Source: Phycisphaerales bacterium (GTDB taxonomy: Bacteria; Planctomycetota; Phycisphaerae; Phycisphaerales; UBA1924). Taken from it: a DNA stretch of 64,000 nucleotides. This document shows, piece by piece, positions 39,670 through 49,130 of this stretch. A program made the position numbers and the translations under genes. Position 1 is the first letter of the stretch. Each line of letters begins with the position of its first letter. The DNA lies in contig OZ245777.1 of assembly GCA_965227775.1 (NCBI GenBank), positions 896,001 through 960,000 on the forward strand, read 5' to 3'. Under the pieces are notes generated by a model. That model was not told where the DNA came from and did not search any database. It saw only the letters and a program-made list of their open reading frames with translations.

Positions 39670-40131
39670 ATGCTCTCACGCCTCTTCGGCAAGGACAACT
39701 CGAAGCGCCCGCAGCCCCCGCAGGGGCCGGACGTTGAGTCGATGGCGGCCCAGGCCTCGGACACGTCCGACATGGCCACCTTCGATCGCTTCGGCGTCAC
39801 CATCATCGCCACGCTCCAGGAGCGCACGCTCTCGGGCAACGAGGCGGCGGCCCTGGTCGTCGCCCTTACCGACAAGCTCACCGACCCCGACCAGACTCCC
39901 GCGCGCCACGTCGTCCTCGACCTGCAGAACGTCGAGTACATGGACTCGGCCTGCATCGGCGTGCTCGTCGAGCTGCTCACACGTTTGCAGAAGGCCGGCG
40001 GCCGCGTGGCCCTGGTCAACGCCGCGGCCAACGTCGAGTGCCTCTTCAAGCTCACCCGCCTCGATCGCCTCTTCCCCATCTGCCGCGACGTGATGCGCGC
40101 CATTGAAGCCGTCGAACGCCACGCGGCGTAA
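39670..40131 (+). CDS. STAS domain anti-sigma-factor antagonist
   Basis: VVLDLQNVEYMDSACIGVLV...GGRVAL...LFKLTRLDRLF. Confidence 0.9.
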   Translation: MLSRLFGKDNSKRPQPPQGPDVESMAAQASDTSDMATFDRFGVTIIATLQERTLSGNEAAALVVALTDKLTDPDQTPARHVVLDLQNVEYMDSACIGVLVELLTRLQKAGGRVALVNAAANVECLFKLTRLDRLFPICRDVMRAIEAVERHAA

Positions 40132-40158
40132 ACGAGTTTCATAGAACGCCAAACGGAG

Positions 40159-40193
40159 CACGCCCGAGCGAACCCGCCCGGGCGTGTTACTTT
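40159..40193. terminator. Hairpin between convergent genes
   Basis: CACGCCCGAGCG-AACC-CGCCCGGGCGTG-TTACTTT. Confidence 0.6.
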
Positions 40194-40208
40194 CGCTGAT
40201 GTGGATCG

Positions 40209-41333
40209 TTACGGCGTGCCAACCGTCCAGCCATCACCGGACTGGCTGACCTCGACCGTGCCGTCCTTGCGTTGGGTGTAGGTCACCGTGCCCTTGGTTG
40301 CTCGGACGGTGACGCCCAGGTCCTTCGCCAGGCAGTTGACCAGGTTCTGACCCTCGTCGCCGTCGCCAACATTGCAGCCGATCAGGCAGATCTCCGCGTC
40401 GTTGGCAAACTTGCCGGCAACCTTCAGGGCGTCGACGAACGCTTGGTAGGCGCCCAGCTTGTCGCCGTCGGCGTTCTTGCCGATCCACTTTCCGTCCTCA
40501 CGCGTGTTGCCGTCGCCCATCGAGATCTGGCCATCGGTGCCGTGGTTGGCGATGATCAGCTTCTTCACGGGCTTGGCGTCGCAGACCTCCTGCGTCGCGT
40601 CGGCCACGTCGTCGACCTCCTCGACGGTGTAGCCCTCCTGGTCCTGGTAGTACTTCCACCGCAGCGAGTGCGTGCCGACCTTGTCGGAGATCACAAGGTC
40701 GGGCTCGTGGATCTCGAGCGTCGTGCTCGTGCCCGTCTTGGCTTCCTTGTCGCTCTCGACCTCGGCCGAGACACCGGCGAACACGGCGGTGATGTCCGTG
40801 CCCGTCGGACCGAAGCGCACCAGGTGGTACACGCCCGGCTCGTTGATCTCGAGCTGGAACTCGCCCAAATCCGCGCAGAAGCCGAGCTGGAAGTCCTCGA
40901 AGTACTGGTACGGCAGATGCGTGCTGCGCGGCGCCTGCACCTGCGTGAAGTCTGGCCCCAGCGGGATGATCGCCGGCACGCCGACTTCCATCTGGTTGTA
41001 GAGGCCAAGCTCGATGTTCTCGCCGTACTGGGCCTCGAAGGGATCAATGATCTGCAACTCGCGGCAGCCCGGCATCGGGTCGCAGCCGCGATCGAAGTCG
41101 TTCTGGTACGCAAGGAAGTCGAAGAGCGTCAACGCCCCATCACCATCCCAGTCAGCCAGTGGATCACCGCTGACGAACGCGTTCTGGAAAGTCAGAAAGT
41201 CAAAGATCGTCAGCCGACCATCGCCGTCGAGATCGGCGCGACAGGCGGGCTGCGCGACTGCAGGAGTAGCGACGCCGGCAAGCAAGGCCGCGGCCGCCGC
41301 GATGAGACCGTTCTTCCACGAGTACATAAGCAT
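40209..41333 (-). CDS. Secreted protein with N-terminal GC-type dockerin and C-terminal DUF4347-like domain
   Basis: Signal peptide; CRADLDGDGRLTIFDFL...FDRGC; LIIANHG..GQI.MG and ICLIGCNVG. Confidence 0.75.
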   Translation of the reverse strand: MLMYSWKNGLIAAAAALLAGVATPAVAQPACRADLDGDGRLTIFDFLTFQNAFVSGDPLADWDGDGALTLFDFLAYQNDFDRGCDPMPGCRELQIIDPFEAQYGENIELGLYNQMEVGVPAIIPLGPDFTQVQAPRSTHLPYQYFEDFQLGFCADLGEFQLEINEPGVYHLVRFGPTGTDITAVFAGVSAEVESDKEAKTGTSTTLEIHEPDLVISDKVGTHSLRWKYYQDQEGYTVEEVDDVADATQEVCDAKPVKKLIIANHGTDGQISMGDGNTREDGKWIGKNADGDKLGAYQAFVDALKVAGKFANDAEICLIGCNVGDGDEGQNLVNCLAKDLGVTVRATKGTVTYTQRKDGTVEVSQSGDGWTVGTP

Positions 41334-41437
41334 GGCATGTTCCTTTCGTGCTTGGTGTGCGAGCCACACCAAGGAGCGCAGGAACACCACGCGACTCATG
41401 GCAAAGTCGTGCGAGAGCGCATCAGGTTCTTGCGAAC

Positions 41438-42838
41438 TCAGCCGTCGAACAGCGTCTGGAACGCCAGAAAGTCAAACTCGGTAAACTGACCATCGAGATC
41501 GATATCGGCCCGCGGATCGCGCGCGTACCAAAACGTCTGGAAGCGCAAGAAGTCATGAATCGTGAGTGCGCCATCGCGATCCAGGTCGGCAGGATGACGC
41601 ACAAATTCCTCGGCAAGCCTGAGCGTGCCTTCGAGAAGCTCCTCGCCCGCGGGAAGGATCTGGTCGGGCGGCGGATCGAACCCGGGCAACGTGATCGGTC
41701 CGGTCGGCCGGAGTTCGATCGTCCAGGAAAGCACATCGAGTTCGCCGTAGAACCAGTCCGTCGCGTTGCCGCTGTACAGGTACAGCACGGTTGCGCCCGT
41801 CCCGACTTCGTACTCCGCCCCGGTTGCCTGTCGCACACCGTCGGCGAAGGCGTTGCCTAGGTCGGTCATCTCCGCAATGTCAGCCGGTTCTTCACGTGTG
41901 TAGCCCCAGGGGCTGAGCACGAACTGGCTGAACGTGTGCACATCGAGGTGGCCGACGATGCGGTCACGCATCGGTTGGATCGCGTCAACGAAGGAAACGA
42001 GTTCCGGCTCGCTGAACGGTTCCGGGCCGCGGTAGTTATTGCTGCCAGGGCTCGAACTCGAACCCGCACCCCCCCACTCGAACGCCCAGTTGCGATTGAG
42101 ATCAACGCCGAAGAGCCGGTCATCGATCCTGCGCTTGTTCTTCCGCCAGAATCGCTGGTCGGTCCACGTGAAGTCGAAACCATCGGGGTTGACCATCGGC
42201 AGAAACACCCACTCGAGCTCGTTGAGCAGGTGCGTGATGCGCGGATCGACGCCGTAACCGTCGACCAGACTCTCGATGACGTACGTCGTCGCCGCCGGGC
42301 TCACCCACTCGCGCGCGTGCTGGCACGCGTTGATGACGAACACGGGCTTGTCTGCGCGACCATCCCCATTCAGCACGAATCGCGGGATGTCGCGGCCCTC
42401 AAGCGACGAGCCGATGGTTTCGAGCATTGCCACACCCGCTGAAGAGCCCGCGATGGCCGCCCACCGCTGGCGATACTCGTCCAGCGTGCGATACTCCTCG
42501 TACCAGGCGACGTCGTCACGCCGCGAGCGCGCCGCGATCCGCGCACGCTCGGCGTCGACGACGACCTGCAGATCAGCCTCGAGCACGTCGTGATCGATCC
42601 CGAGGTCGAGAAACCTCGCATACTGCTCGCCCGACAAGCGCATGTCGATCGGCATGAGGGGCACGATGCGATGCGTCCAGATGTCGGGCGACAGCGGCTC
42701 GATCGCCTCCATCACCGCGCGCGTCGCCATCGGAACGCGCACGTGCTTGTGCCCGCTATAGGGGCCCTCGGTTTCCTGCGCACGCGCAGCGCCCAGCATC
42801 GCCAGAGCGGTGAGCGTCGCGAGCGCCGTGCGCATCAT
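41438..42838 (-). CDS. M14 zinc carboxypeptidase with dockerin-like tail
   Basis: Propeptide; QHAREW, NPDG, WRKN, GVDLNRNW, SEPE, DVHTF, TIELRP; ADLDRDG...FDFLAFQTLFDG. Confidence 0.92.
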   Translation of the reverse strand: MMRTALATLTALAMLGAARAQETEGPYSGHKHVRVPMATRAVMEAIEPLSPDIWTHRIVPLMPIDMRLSGEQYARFLDLGIDHDVLEADLQVVVDAERARIAARSRRDDVAWYEEYRTLDEYRQRWAAIAGSSAGVAMLETIGSSLEGRDIPRFVLNGDGRADKPVFVINACQHAREWVSPAATTYVIESLVDGYGVDPRITHLLNELEWVFLPMVNPDGFDFTWTDQRFWRKNKRRIDDRLFGVDLNRNWAFEWGGAGSSSSPGSNNYRGPEPFSEPELVSFVDAIQPMRDRIVGHLDVHTFSQFVLSPWGYTREEPADIAEMTDLGNAFADGVRQATGAEYEVGTGATVLYLYSGNATDWFYGELDVLSWTIELRPTGPITLPGFDPPPDQILPAGEELLEGTLRLAEEFVRHPADLDRDGALTIHDFLRFQTFWYARDPRADIDLDGQFTEFDFLAFQTLFDG

Positions 42839-42845
42839 GCTTGCC

Positions 42846-45191
42846 TCAGGCGTCAAACAGCGTCTGGTACGCCAGGAAATCGAACAGCGTGAACGCGCCA
42901 TCCCGATCGATGTCCGCCGCCGGGTCGCCGTCTTCCCAGAGCGTCTGGAAAAGCAGGAAGTCGAAGATCGTCAGCACCCCGTCGCGATCAAAGTCGGCCG
43001 GGTTGGGTGGGCCGCAATCAACCTCATACACGAGCTCATCGATGCCGGCCTCGACCAGCGAACCATCGCCCTCATCGGCTGCGATGAACATCAGACGCAT
43101 CTGATCGGTCGGCTCGATGACGTCTTCGATGCGGTAGCGCCTGGTCTCCCAGCCATTGGTCGACTGGTTGGACGCGTCCAGCAGCTCCCACGACACGCCG
43201 TCGTCGTTGCTGATGAACACGGCGAACGTGTCCTGCCCGCCAGCGGCGCCCTGGTTATTGCTGTACCACAGCGAGAACGACACGAATCGCTCGGGGTTGA
43301 GCGCGCCCGCCGTTGCCGTCGCATCGAACGCCGGCGACACGAGCGACGTGAACCCGTCGTCGACGTCGTACGTGCCGGCCGAATCGCCCGCACGCGGATC
43401 GGTAAACCAGCCGTTGACGCCATCGGGCGACGCGTCGTCCTCGGGCTGCGCGGTCGTCTCTTCCGGATCGCCGTTGGCCCACTGGCCCGTGGCGGCGGTG
43501 TCGTCCGGCAGGCCGGCGATCCACTCGCCCTCGACCTCGCAGGCATCGCGTAAGACCACGGTCGGGTCGGTCGATCGGTGCGTCAGCGTGCCGGCGGCCG
43601 GGTAGCGATACACCGTGCCGTCGAGCGTTGCCGCCTCAACATAGAACTCCGCAAGCTCGCCGCACTGAAGCGCGGGCAGCTCGATCGAGTAGTCCTCTCC
43701 GTCAACGTTCACGACCGTTGCCGGCAGGAACTCATCGCCCGGGTTCACGCGAGCGAAGCCGGCCACCGTCGCCGGGTCGAGCTCGTCCAGGCCGTTGCGC
43801 ACCTCGAACAGTCGGGTCGACGTCTCGCCGACCGGCGCACCCTCGACCTGCGGCGTCACGTGAAAGCGCAGCGGTTGGGCCATCATCTCGGCGGCGCGAA
43901 GCACGCCCTCGACCAGCTCTCGTCCCGTCGGTAGGATCTGATCGGGCTCGGGGTCGAAGCCGCCGGCCCGGCTGGAGACCGGCCGAAGCTCGATGGTCCA
44001 GCCAAAGCCCTCGCCATCGGTCTCGCCGTACACCCAGTCCTTGGCCGAGCCGCTGGTCAGGTACAGGCCGCTGCTGCCCTGGGCGGCGGTGTAGACCTCG
44101 CCCGAGATGTCGAAAATGCCGCCGGCGATCGTGTCGCCGATCTCCTGGAACACCGAGTCATCCTCGGACGGTTCGAACGAGAACCCAACCGGGTGCAACA
44201 CGAGCTGCCCGAAGGTGTGCACATCGAGGTGGATCACGGTGCGGTCGCGCCGATCGCCCACGAACGCCGTGAACACCTGCAGCTCGGGCTCGCTGAACGG
44301 CCCCGTGCCGCGATATGTCTGGCTCCCCGGGTCGGCGCTCGCGCCGGGCTCACCCCACGCGACCGACCAGTTGCGGTTGAGGTCGACGCCGAATTCGTCG
44401 CTGCCATCGATGTCGCGGCGGTTCTTGCGCCAGAAGCGCTCGTCGGTCCACGTAAAGTCGAAGCCGTCGGGGTTCACCATGGGAACGATGACCCACTCCA
44501 GCTCGTCGAGCAAACGCGTGATGCGCGCGTCGCTTCCGTAGCCCTCGACGAGCTGCTCGATCAGGAACGTCGTGGCCGCGGGACTCACCCACTCGCGCGC
44601 GTGCTGGCACGCGTTGATCAGCATCACAGGCTTGCCCTCGGCGCCGTTACCATTGAGCACGAAGCCCGGCATGTCGCGACCCTCGAGCGACTGGCCGATG
44701 ACCTGGAAGCCCGCGACGTCGGGATTGATATCCGAGATCTGCTGCCAGCGCGCCCAGAACTCGTCGAGCGTGCGGTACTCGTCGTAGAACGTCAGGTCGT
44801 CGCGCTGGCTGCGATCGCGGATGCGTGCCATCTCGGCATCGACCGCGACCTGCAAGTCGTCGACGAGCACGTCGTGCGTCAGGTCGAGATCGATGAAGCG
44901 CGCGTACTGCTCGGGACTCAGCCGAAGTTCGACAGGCTTCAGCGGCATGATCGTGTGCGTCCAGATGTCCGCACCCAGCGGCTCGATCGCCTGCATCACC
45001 CGGCGCGTCGCCGAGGGAACGCGCACGAGCTTGTGGCCCACATAAGGCCCGGCCTCCTGCTCGGGCTGCGCCTGCGCAACCTGGGCCGGCGCGAGCGTCT
45101 GACCCACGGCCAGTCCGGAAGCGGTCAGCAGCGAGAGCGCTGACACCGAGGCAATGAACGAGCGTGCACCACGAGCGGAATCGATCGACAT
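42846..45191 (-). CDS. M14 zinc carboxypeptidase with additional beta-sandwich domains and dockerin-like tail
   Basis: Same M14 motifs; DVDDG.T.L.SP, SNDDG.SW and VEAGID jelly-roll-like region; ADFDRDG...YQTLFDA. Confidence 0.92.
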   Translation of the reverse strand: MSIDSARGARSFIASVSALSLLTASGLAVGQTLAPAQVAQAQPEQEAGPYVGHKLVRVPSATRRVMQAIEPLGADIWTHTIMPLKPVELRLSPEQYARFIDLDLTHDVLVDDLQVAVDAEMARIRDRSQRDDLTFYDEYRTLDEFWARWQQISDINPDVAGFQVIGQSLEGRDMPGFVLNGNGAEGKPVMLINACQHAREWVSPAATTFLIEQLVEGYGSDARITRLLDELEWVIVPMVNPDGFDFTWTDERFWRKNRRDIDGSDEFGVDLNRNWSVAWGEPGASADPGSQTYRGTGPFSEPELQVFTAFVGDRRDRTVIHLDVHTFGQLVLHPVGFSFEPSEDDSVFQEIGDTIAGGIFDISGEVYTAAQGSSGLYLTSGSAKDWVYGETDGEGFGWTIELRPVSSRAGGFDPEPDQILPTGRELVEGVLRAAEMMAQPLRFHVTPQVEGAPVGETSTRLFEVRNGLDELDPATVAGFARVNPGDEFLPATVVNVDGEDYSIELPALQCGELAEFYVEAATLDGTVYRYPAAGTLTHRSTDPTVVLRDACEVEGEWIAGLPDDTAATGQWANGDPEETTAQPEDDASPDGVNGWFTDPRAGDSAGTYDVDDGFTSLVSPAFDATATAGALNPERFVSFSLWYSNNQGAAGGQDTFAVFISNDDGVSWELLDASNQSTNGWETRRYRIEDVIEPTDQMRLMFIAADEGDGSLVEAGIDELVYEVDCGPPNPADFDRDGVLTIFDFLLFQTLWEDGDPAADIDRDGAFTLFDFLAYQTLFDA

Positions 45192-45293
45192 GAGAAGCGT
45201 CTCCTAATAAGGAAAGTCGGGTCGGCGCCCGCCACTGTTCGGTACGGCCCGCCCGCCCCGGACGTTTCCCGAGCCGTCCGTATCATGTCCGCC

Positions 45294-46811
45294 ATGGCCG
45301 AGCAGGCGGGCATCCCCGATCAAAGCACCGGCGGCATCCAACGCTGGACCTCGCTCGTCGGGCTCGGCCTCGGCCCGGTCGTCGCCGTGTTCGTCGGCCT
45401 GCTGCTGCCAGACTCGGTGCCCGGGGCCGAGGGCGCCATCGAACTCAGCCGGGCAGCCCGCGTCACCGCGGCAGTCGCGTCGCTCATGGCCATCTGGTGG
45501 CTTACCGAAGCGTTGCCTTTGAGTGCAACGGCGCTGCTGCCCATCGCATTGCTTCCGATGCTGGGTGCCACGAGCATCGGCGAGGCGACCGCCCCGTACG
45601 CGCGGCCGGTCATTTTCCTGTTCCTTGGCGGCTTCATGCTGGGCCTGGCCATGGAGCGCTGGGGCCTGCACAAGCGCATCGCACTACTGACCATCCTCGC
45701 GGTCGGCACCGGACCGCGTTCGGTCATCGCCGGCTTCATGCTCGCAACGGCGGTGCTCAGCGCGTTCGTCTCGAACACGGCGACGGTGATCATGCTCATC
45801 CCCATCGCCACCAGCGTGCTTGCAACGCTGCCCGAGAATCCAGACGCGCCCGAAGGCGCACGGGCGCGCTTTGCCACCTGCATGGTGCTGGCGATCGCAT
45901 ACGCCGCCTCGATCGGCGGCATCGCCACGCTCATCGGCACGCCACCCAACGCAGTGCTCGCGGGCTTTGTGGAAGGTCGGGAGGAGTACGCCATCAGCTT
46001 CGGCCGGTGGATGCTGCACGCGGTCCCGCTCGTCGCCGTGCTGCTGCCGATCGCCTACCTGCTGCTCGTCGGCCCGCTGTTTCGCATCAAGGGCGCCATC
46101 GGCGGCAGCCGGTCCGCCGTCAGGGAACAGCTCGACGGGCTCGGCCCCATGAAGCCAGGCGAGTGGGTGGTGCTCGTCATCTTCTGCATCACGGCGAGCT
46201 TGTGGATCTTCAAGGACCTTGTGACGGGCGTGCAGATCGTGCGCGATCTGGGCATCAATCTGAGCGACGCGCAGATCGCGATGCTTGCGGCGATCGCGCT
46301 CTTCGTTGTGCCTGTGAATAAACGATGGACGACGTTCGCCCTCAATTGGGACACGGCGCGCAAGGCGCCGTTCGGCATCCTCCTGCTCTTCGGCGGCGGG
46401 CTCAGCCTCGCGGCAGCAGTGAGTGCGACGGGGCTCGACGCCGCGATCGGCCAGCAATTCGCTCGACTGCAGGGCGTGCCCGTCTGGCTCATCGTGCTGG
46501 GCCTGTGCCTGACCGTGACGTTCCTGACCGAGCTCACCAGCAACACGGCGGTGACCACCGCGCTGCTACCCGTGCTCGCCGCCGCGGGACCGGCCCTGGG
46601 CATCGAGGACGCGTACTTGTTATTGCCCGCGGCGGTGTCGGCCTCGTGCGCGTTCATGCTGCCGGTCGCAACACCACCGAATGCGGTCGCGTTCGCGAGC
46701 GGTCACGCCACCATCATGCAGATGGCGCGTACGGGCGTGCTCCTCAACATCCTGTTCGCCGGCGCGGTGACAGCGTGGGTGATGATCGTCGCGCCCAGGC
46801 TCTTTGTCTGA
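45294..46811 (+). CDS. SLC13/DASS sodium-coupled anion symporter
   Basis: WWLTEALP, SNTAT, GTPPN, LFGGG, TELTSNTA, AFMLPVATPPNA. Confidence 0.93.
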   Translation: MAEQAGIPDQSTGGIQRWTSLVGLGLGPVVAVFVGLLLPDSVPGAEGAIELSRAARVTAAVASLMAIWWLTEALPLSATALLPIALLPMLGATSIGEATAPYARPVIFLFLGGFMLGLAMERWGLHKRIALLTILAVGTGPRSVIAGFMLATAVLSAFVSNTATVIMLIPIATSVLATLPENPDAPEGARARFATCMVLAIAYAASIGGIATLIGTPPNAVLAGFVEGREEYAISFGRWMLHAVPLVAVLLPIAYLLLVGPLFRIKGAIGGSRSAVREQLDGLGPMKPGEWVVLVIFCITASLWIFKDLVTGVQIVRDLGINLSDAQIAMLAAIALFVVPVNKRWTTFALNWDTARKAPFGILLLFGGGLSLAAAVSATGLDAAIGQQFARLQGVPVWLIVLGLCLTVTFLTELTSNTAVTTALLPVLAAAGPALGIEDAYLLLPAAVSASCAFMLPVATPPNAVAFASGHATIMQMARTGVLLNILFAGAVTAWVMIVAPRLFV

Positions 46812-46820
46812 ACGGCAAGG

Positions 46821-47171
46821 TCACGCCCGCGGGCGCTGCTCAAACTTCCAGCGGCGGATCGGCACGCCCGCGGCCCGTGAGAGCTCGAGCGCTCCCCCAC
46901 TGCGTAGCCAACGCGCCGCCGCGTGCTGGTCGGCACCGCTCGATACGCGTACGACGAGCACGCCGCGCGTCACACGGTCGGCAGCCGTTCGATCGCCCAA
47001 GCCCCCAGGCGCAAGCCCGGCCCACGCCTGCTGGATCGACTGGCCAGAACGAGCAACAGCGTCGAACCCCATCCTGGCCTGACGGAACTCGTTCTCGAGG
47101 TCGAGCCGGGGCGATCGCGTCCTCCAGCCGCGGAGGCGGTCGATCTGGGCGAGGCTGTCTGTGTGGCTCAT
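46821..47171 (-). CDS. DUF721/DciA-like protein
   Basis: IQQAW.....GLGDRT...RVTRGVLVVRVSS.A pattern. Confidence 0.55.
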   Translation of the reverse strand: MSHTDSLAQIDRLRGWRTRSPRLDLENEFRQARMGFDAVARSGQSIQQAWAGLAPGGLGDRTAADRVTRGVLVVRVSSGADQHAAARWLRSGGALELSRAAGVPIRRWKFEQRPRA

Positions 47172-47287
47172 GTTCGGTTTCATGATCACATGTTCGGTTA
47201 AAGATCGGAGTCAGCTGCACAATATTCTTGTTTTGTATGGATTTTGTGCAGCAACACCCAGACACCGCCCCGGCATATCCTCGGCTC

Positions 47288-48358
47288 ATGTCCACGCGGA
47301 TCACCATCGCCGGTCTGACGAAGACTTTCGGCCGGGCCGACCGGCAGGTCAAGGCCGTCGACGCGATCGACCTAGTGATCGAGCCCGGAGAGATCTTCTT
47401 TCTGCTCGGCCCGTCGGGCTGCGGGAAGACCACGCTGCTGCGCATGATCGCGGGCTTCATCGAGCCCACGTCGGGCACCATCCACTTCAACGACCGTGAC
47501 ATTACCAATCAAAGTCCAAACAATCGTAATGCGGGTATGGTGTTCCAGAGCTACGCACTCTGGCCGCACATGACCGCAGCCGAGAACGTCGCGTTTGGCC
47601 TGAAGGTCCGGAAGCTCGAAAAGGAAGAGCGCCTGAAGCGAGCGCGTGCAGCGCTCGAAGACGTGCAGCTCGCCCACCTGGCCGACCGCAAGCCGGGCGA
47701 GCTCTCGGGCGGCCAACAGCAGCGGGTGGCCCTCGCCCGGGCCTTGGTCATCCGCCCGGACGTCTTGCTGCTGGACGAGCCGCTCTCCAACCTCGACGCC
47801 CGGCTGCGCAACGACCTCCGCGAGGAGATCCGGCGGATCTGCAAGTCGTCTGGCATTACCACGGTCTACGTCACCCATGACCAGAAGGAAGCCCTGAGCG
47901 TGGCCGATCGGATTGCCGTCATGAAGGACGGCAAGGTGGTCCAGGCCGGCTCCCCGATGGAGCTCTATCGCCGCCCCACCACGACCTTTGCCGCGGCTTT
48001 CCTCGGCGAGACCAACCTGATCAAGGGGACGCTTGAGAGCGGTGGGGCGGCCGGATCGGTCGTCGAGATCAAGACCGATGTCGGCCGGCTGCGAGGCACC
48101 CTCGCCGGCGAGGCCGACGCCGGCCGCCAGGTGAGTATCTCGGTGCGTCCTGAGAGCCTGCGGGCGGCCGAGCGTGGCTCCATCGGGGGCGCGGTCGAGG
48201 CGTCAACCTATCTCGGAGACGTCGCCCACCACCGCGTAAAGACGAAGGATGGGGGCGTTCTGAGCGTTTCGGAGTTCGCCCCGGGCCCTTCGAGCGCATT
48301 TGCAGCCGAGGTCGAGCTCGATGTGGCTCCCCAGGACGCGATTGTCCTGGTTGATTAG
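47288..48358 (+). CDS. ABC transporter ATP-binding protein (PotA/FbpC-like)
   Basis: GPSGCGKTT, VFQSYALWPH, LSGGQQQR, LLDEPLSNLD, VTHDQ, TOBE tail. Confidence 0.93.
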   Translation: MSTRITIAGLTKTFGRADRQVKAVDAIDLVIEPGEIFFLLGPSGCGKTTLLRMIAGFIEPTSGTIHFNDRDITNQSPNNRNAGMVFQSYALWPHMTAAENVAFGLKVRKLEKEERLKRARAALEDVQLAHLADRKPGELSGGQQQRVALARALVIRPDVLLLDEPLSNLDARLRNDLREEIRRICKSSGITTVYVTHDQKEALSVADRIAVMKDGKVVQAGSPMELYRRPTTTFAAAFLGETNLIKGTLESGGAAGSVVEIKTDVGRLRGTLAGEADAGRQVSISVRPESLRAAERGSIGGAVEASTYLGDVAHHRVKTKDGGVLSVSEFAPGPSSAFAAEVELDVAPQDAIVLVD

Positions 48359-49047
48359 ACTGCCGGAAGTTCCACGTGGAACGTTGTGCCCTGGTCGGGC
48401 GCGGACGTGACCCGAAGCTTTCCGCCCCACCGCTGGCACAGCATACGCACCACCACCAGGCCGATGCCCTTGGAGCCTTGTGGTAGCCCGCCGCTGTTTA
48501 TGGAAGCCACACTGCGCTCATCGAGGCCACGCCCCTGGTCATCGATCCAGATCAGCCAGGTCGCGGACTTCCACGCAGTGGCGGGGGTGTAGGCCGTCGA
48601 AATGGAGACCTTTGATCCGCTTGAGGAGGCGTTGATCGCGTTCAGCACCAGATTGAGCACGATGTGCTCGGCGACGATCGCGGGTGCCGCAATCTGGCCC
48701 GGCCCATCGTGCGAGAGCTCGAGCGCAATGCCCGATTCCCTTGCTCGATCCCCCGCCGCGACCATCACTGACTGGAGCGCCTCAGCGAGCGGCGAGGATG
48801 GAGCTTCGTCGGCGCCGTGCTTCGTGAGATCAACGAGCAGGCTGCAGATGGCGACGGCCCGCTGGCAGCGATCGACCGCACGCTCGATAAGCTGGTCGCG
48901 GACCTGATCGTCGCCCGAGGTGTGCTCGAGCAGATCGGCGAGCCCGACAACCGGGGTCAGCAGGTTGTTGACCTCGTGCGCAATCGCAGCAGCGATCCAC
49001 TCGCCGGCATCGCGCGGCTCGGCCTGCTCTTGCAGCTCTCGCTCCAT
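48355..49047 (-). CDS. Sensorless HisKA-HATPase histidine kinase
   Basis: IAHEVNNLLT, NLVLNAINA, DDQGRG, GIGL, GTTF; only about 20 aa precede the H box. Confidence 0.8.
   Translation of the reverse strand: MERELQEQAEPRDAGEWIAAAIAHEVNNLLTPVVGLADLLEHTSGDDQVRDQLIERAVDRCQRAVAICSLLVDLTKHGADEAPSSPLAEALQSVMVAAGDRARESGIALELSHDGPGQIAAPAIVAEHIVLNLVLNAINASSSGSKVSISTAYTPATAWKSATWLIWIDDQGRGLDERSVASINSGGLPQGSKGIGLVVVRMLCQRWGGKLRVTSAPDQGTTFHVELPAV
48368..48383. promoter_or_regulatory. parS-like site
   Basis: AGTTCCACGTGGAACG (perfect 14-bp palindromic core) versus consensus TGTTNCACGTGNAACA. Confidence 0.65.
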
Positions 49048-49088
49048 GCCTCAAGCATCGGTTTCAATTGCTCGGAAGCTAAGCAAAC

Positions 49089-49104
49089 CGTGTCACGTGG
49101 AACA
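49089..49104. promoter_or_regulatory. parS-like site directly upstream of parB
   Basis: CGTGTCACGTGGAACA, 2 mismatches to TGTTTCACGTGGAACA. Confidence 0.65.
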
Positions 49105-49130
49105 CCCTGGGCTGCCCGATAAACTAGCTC

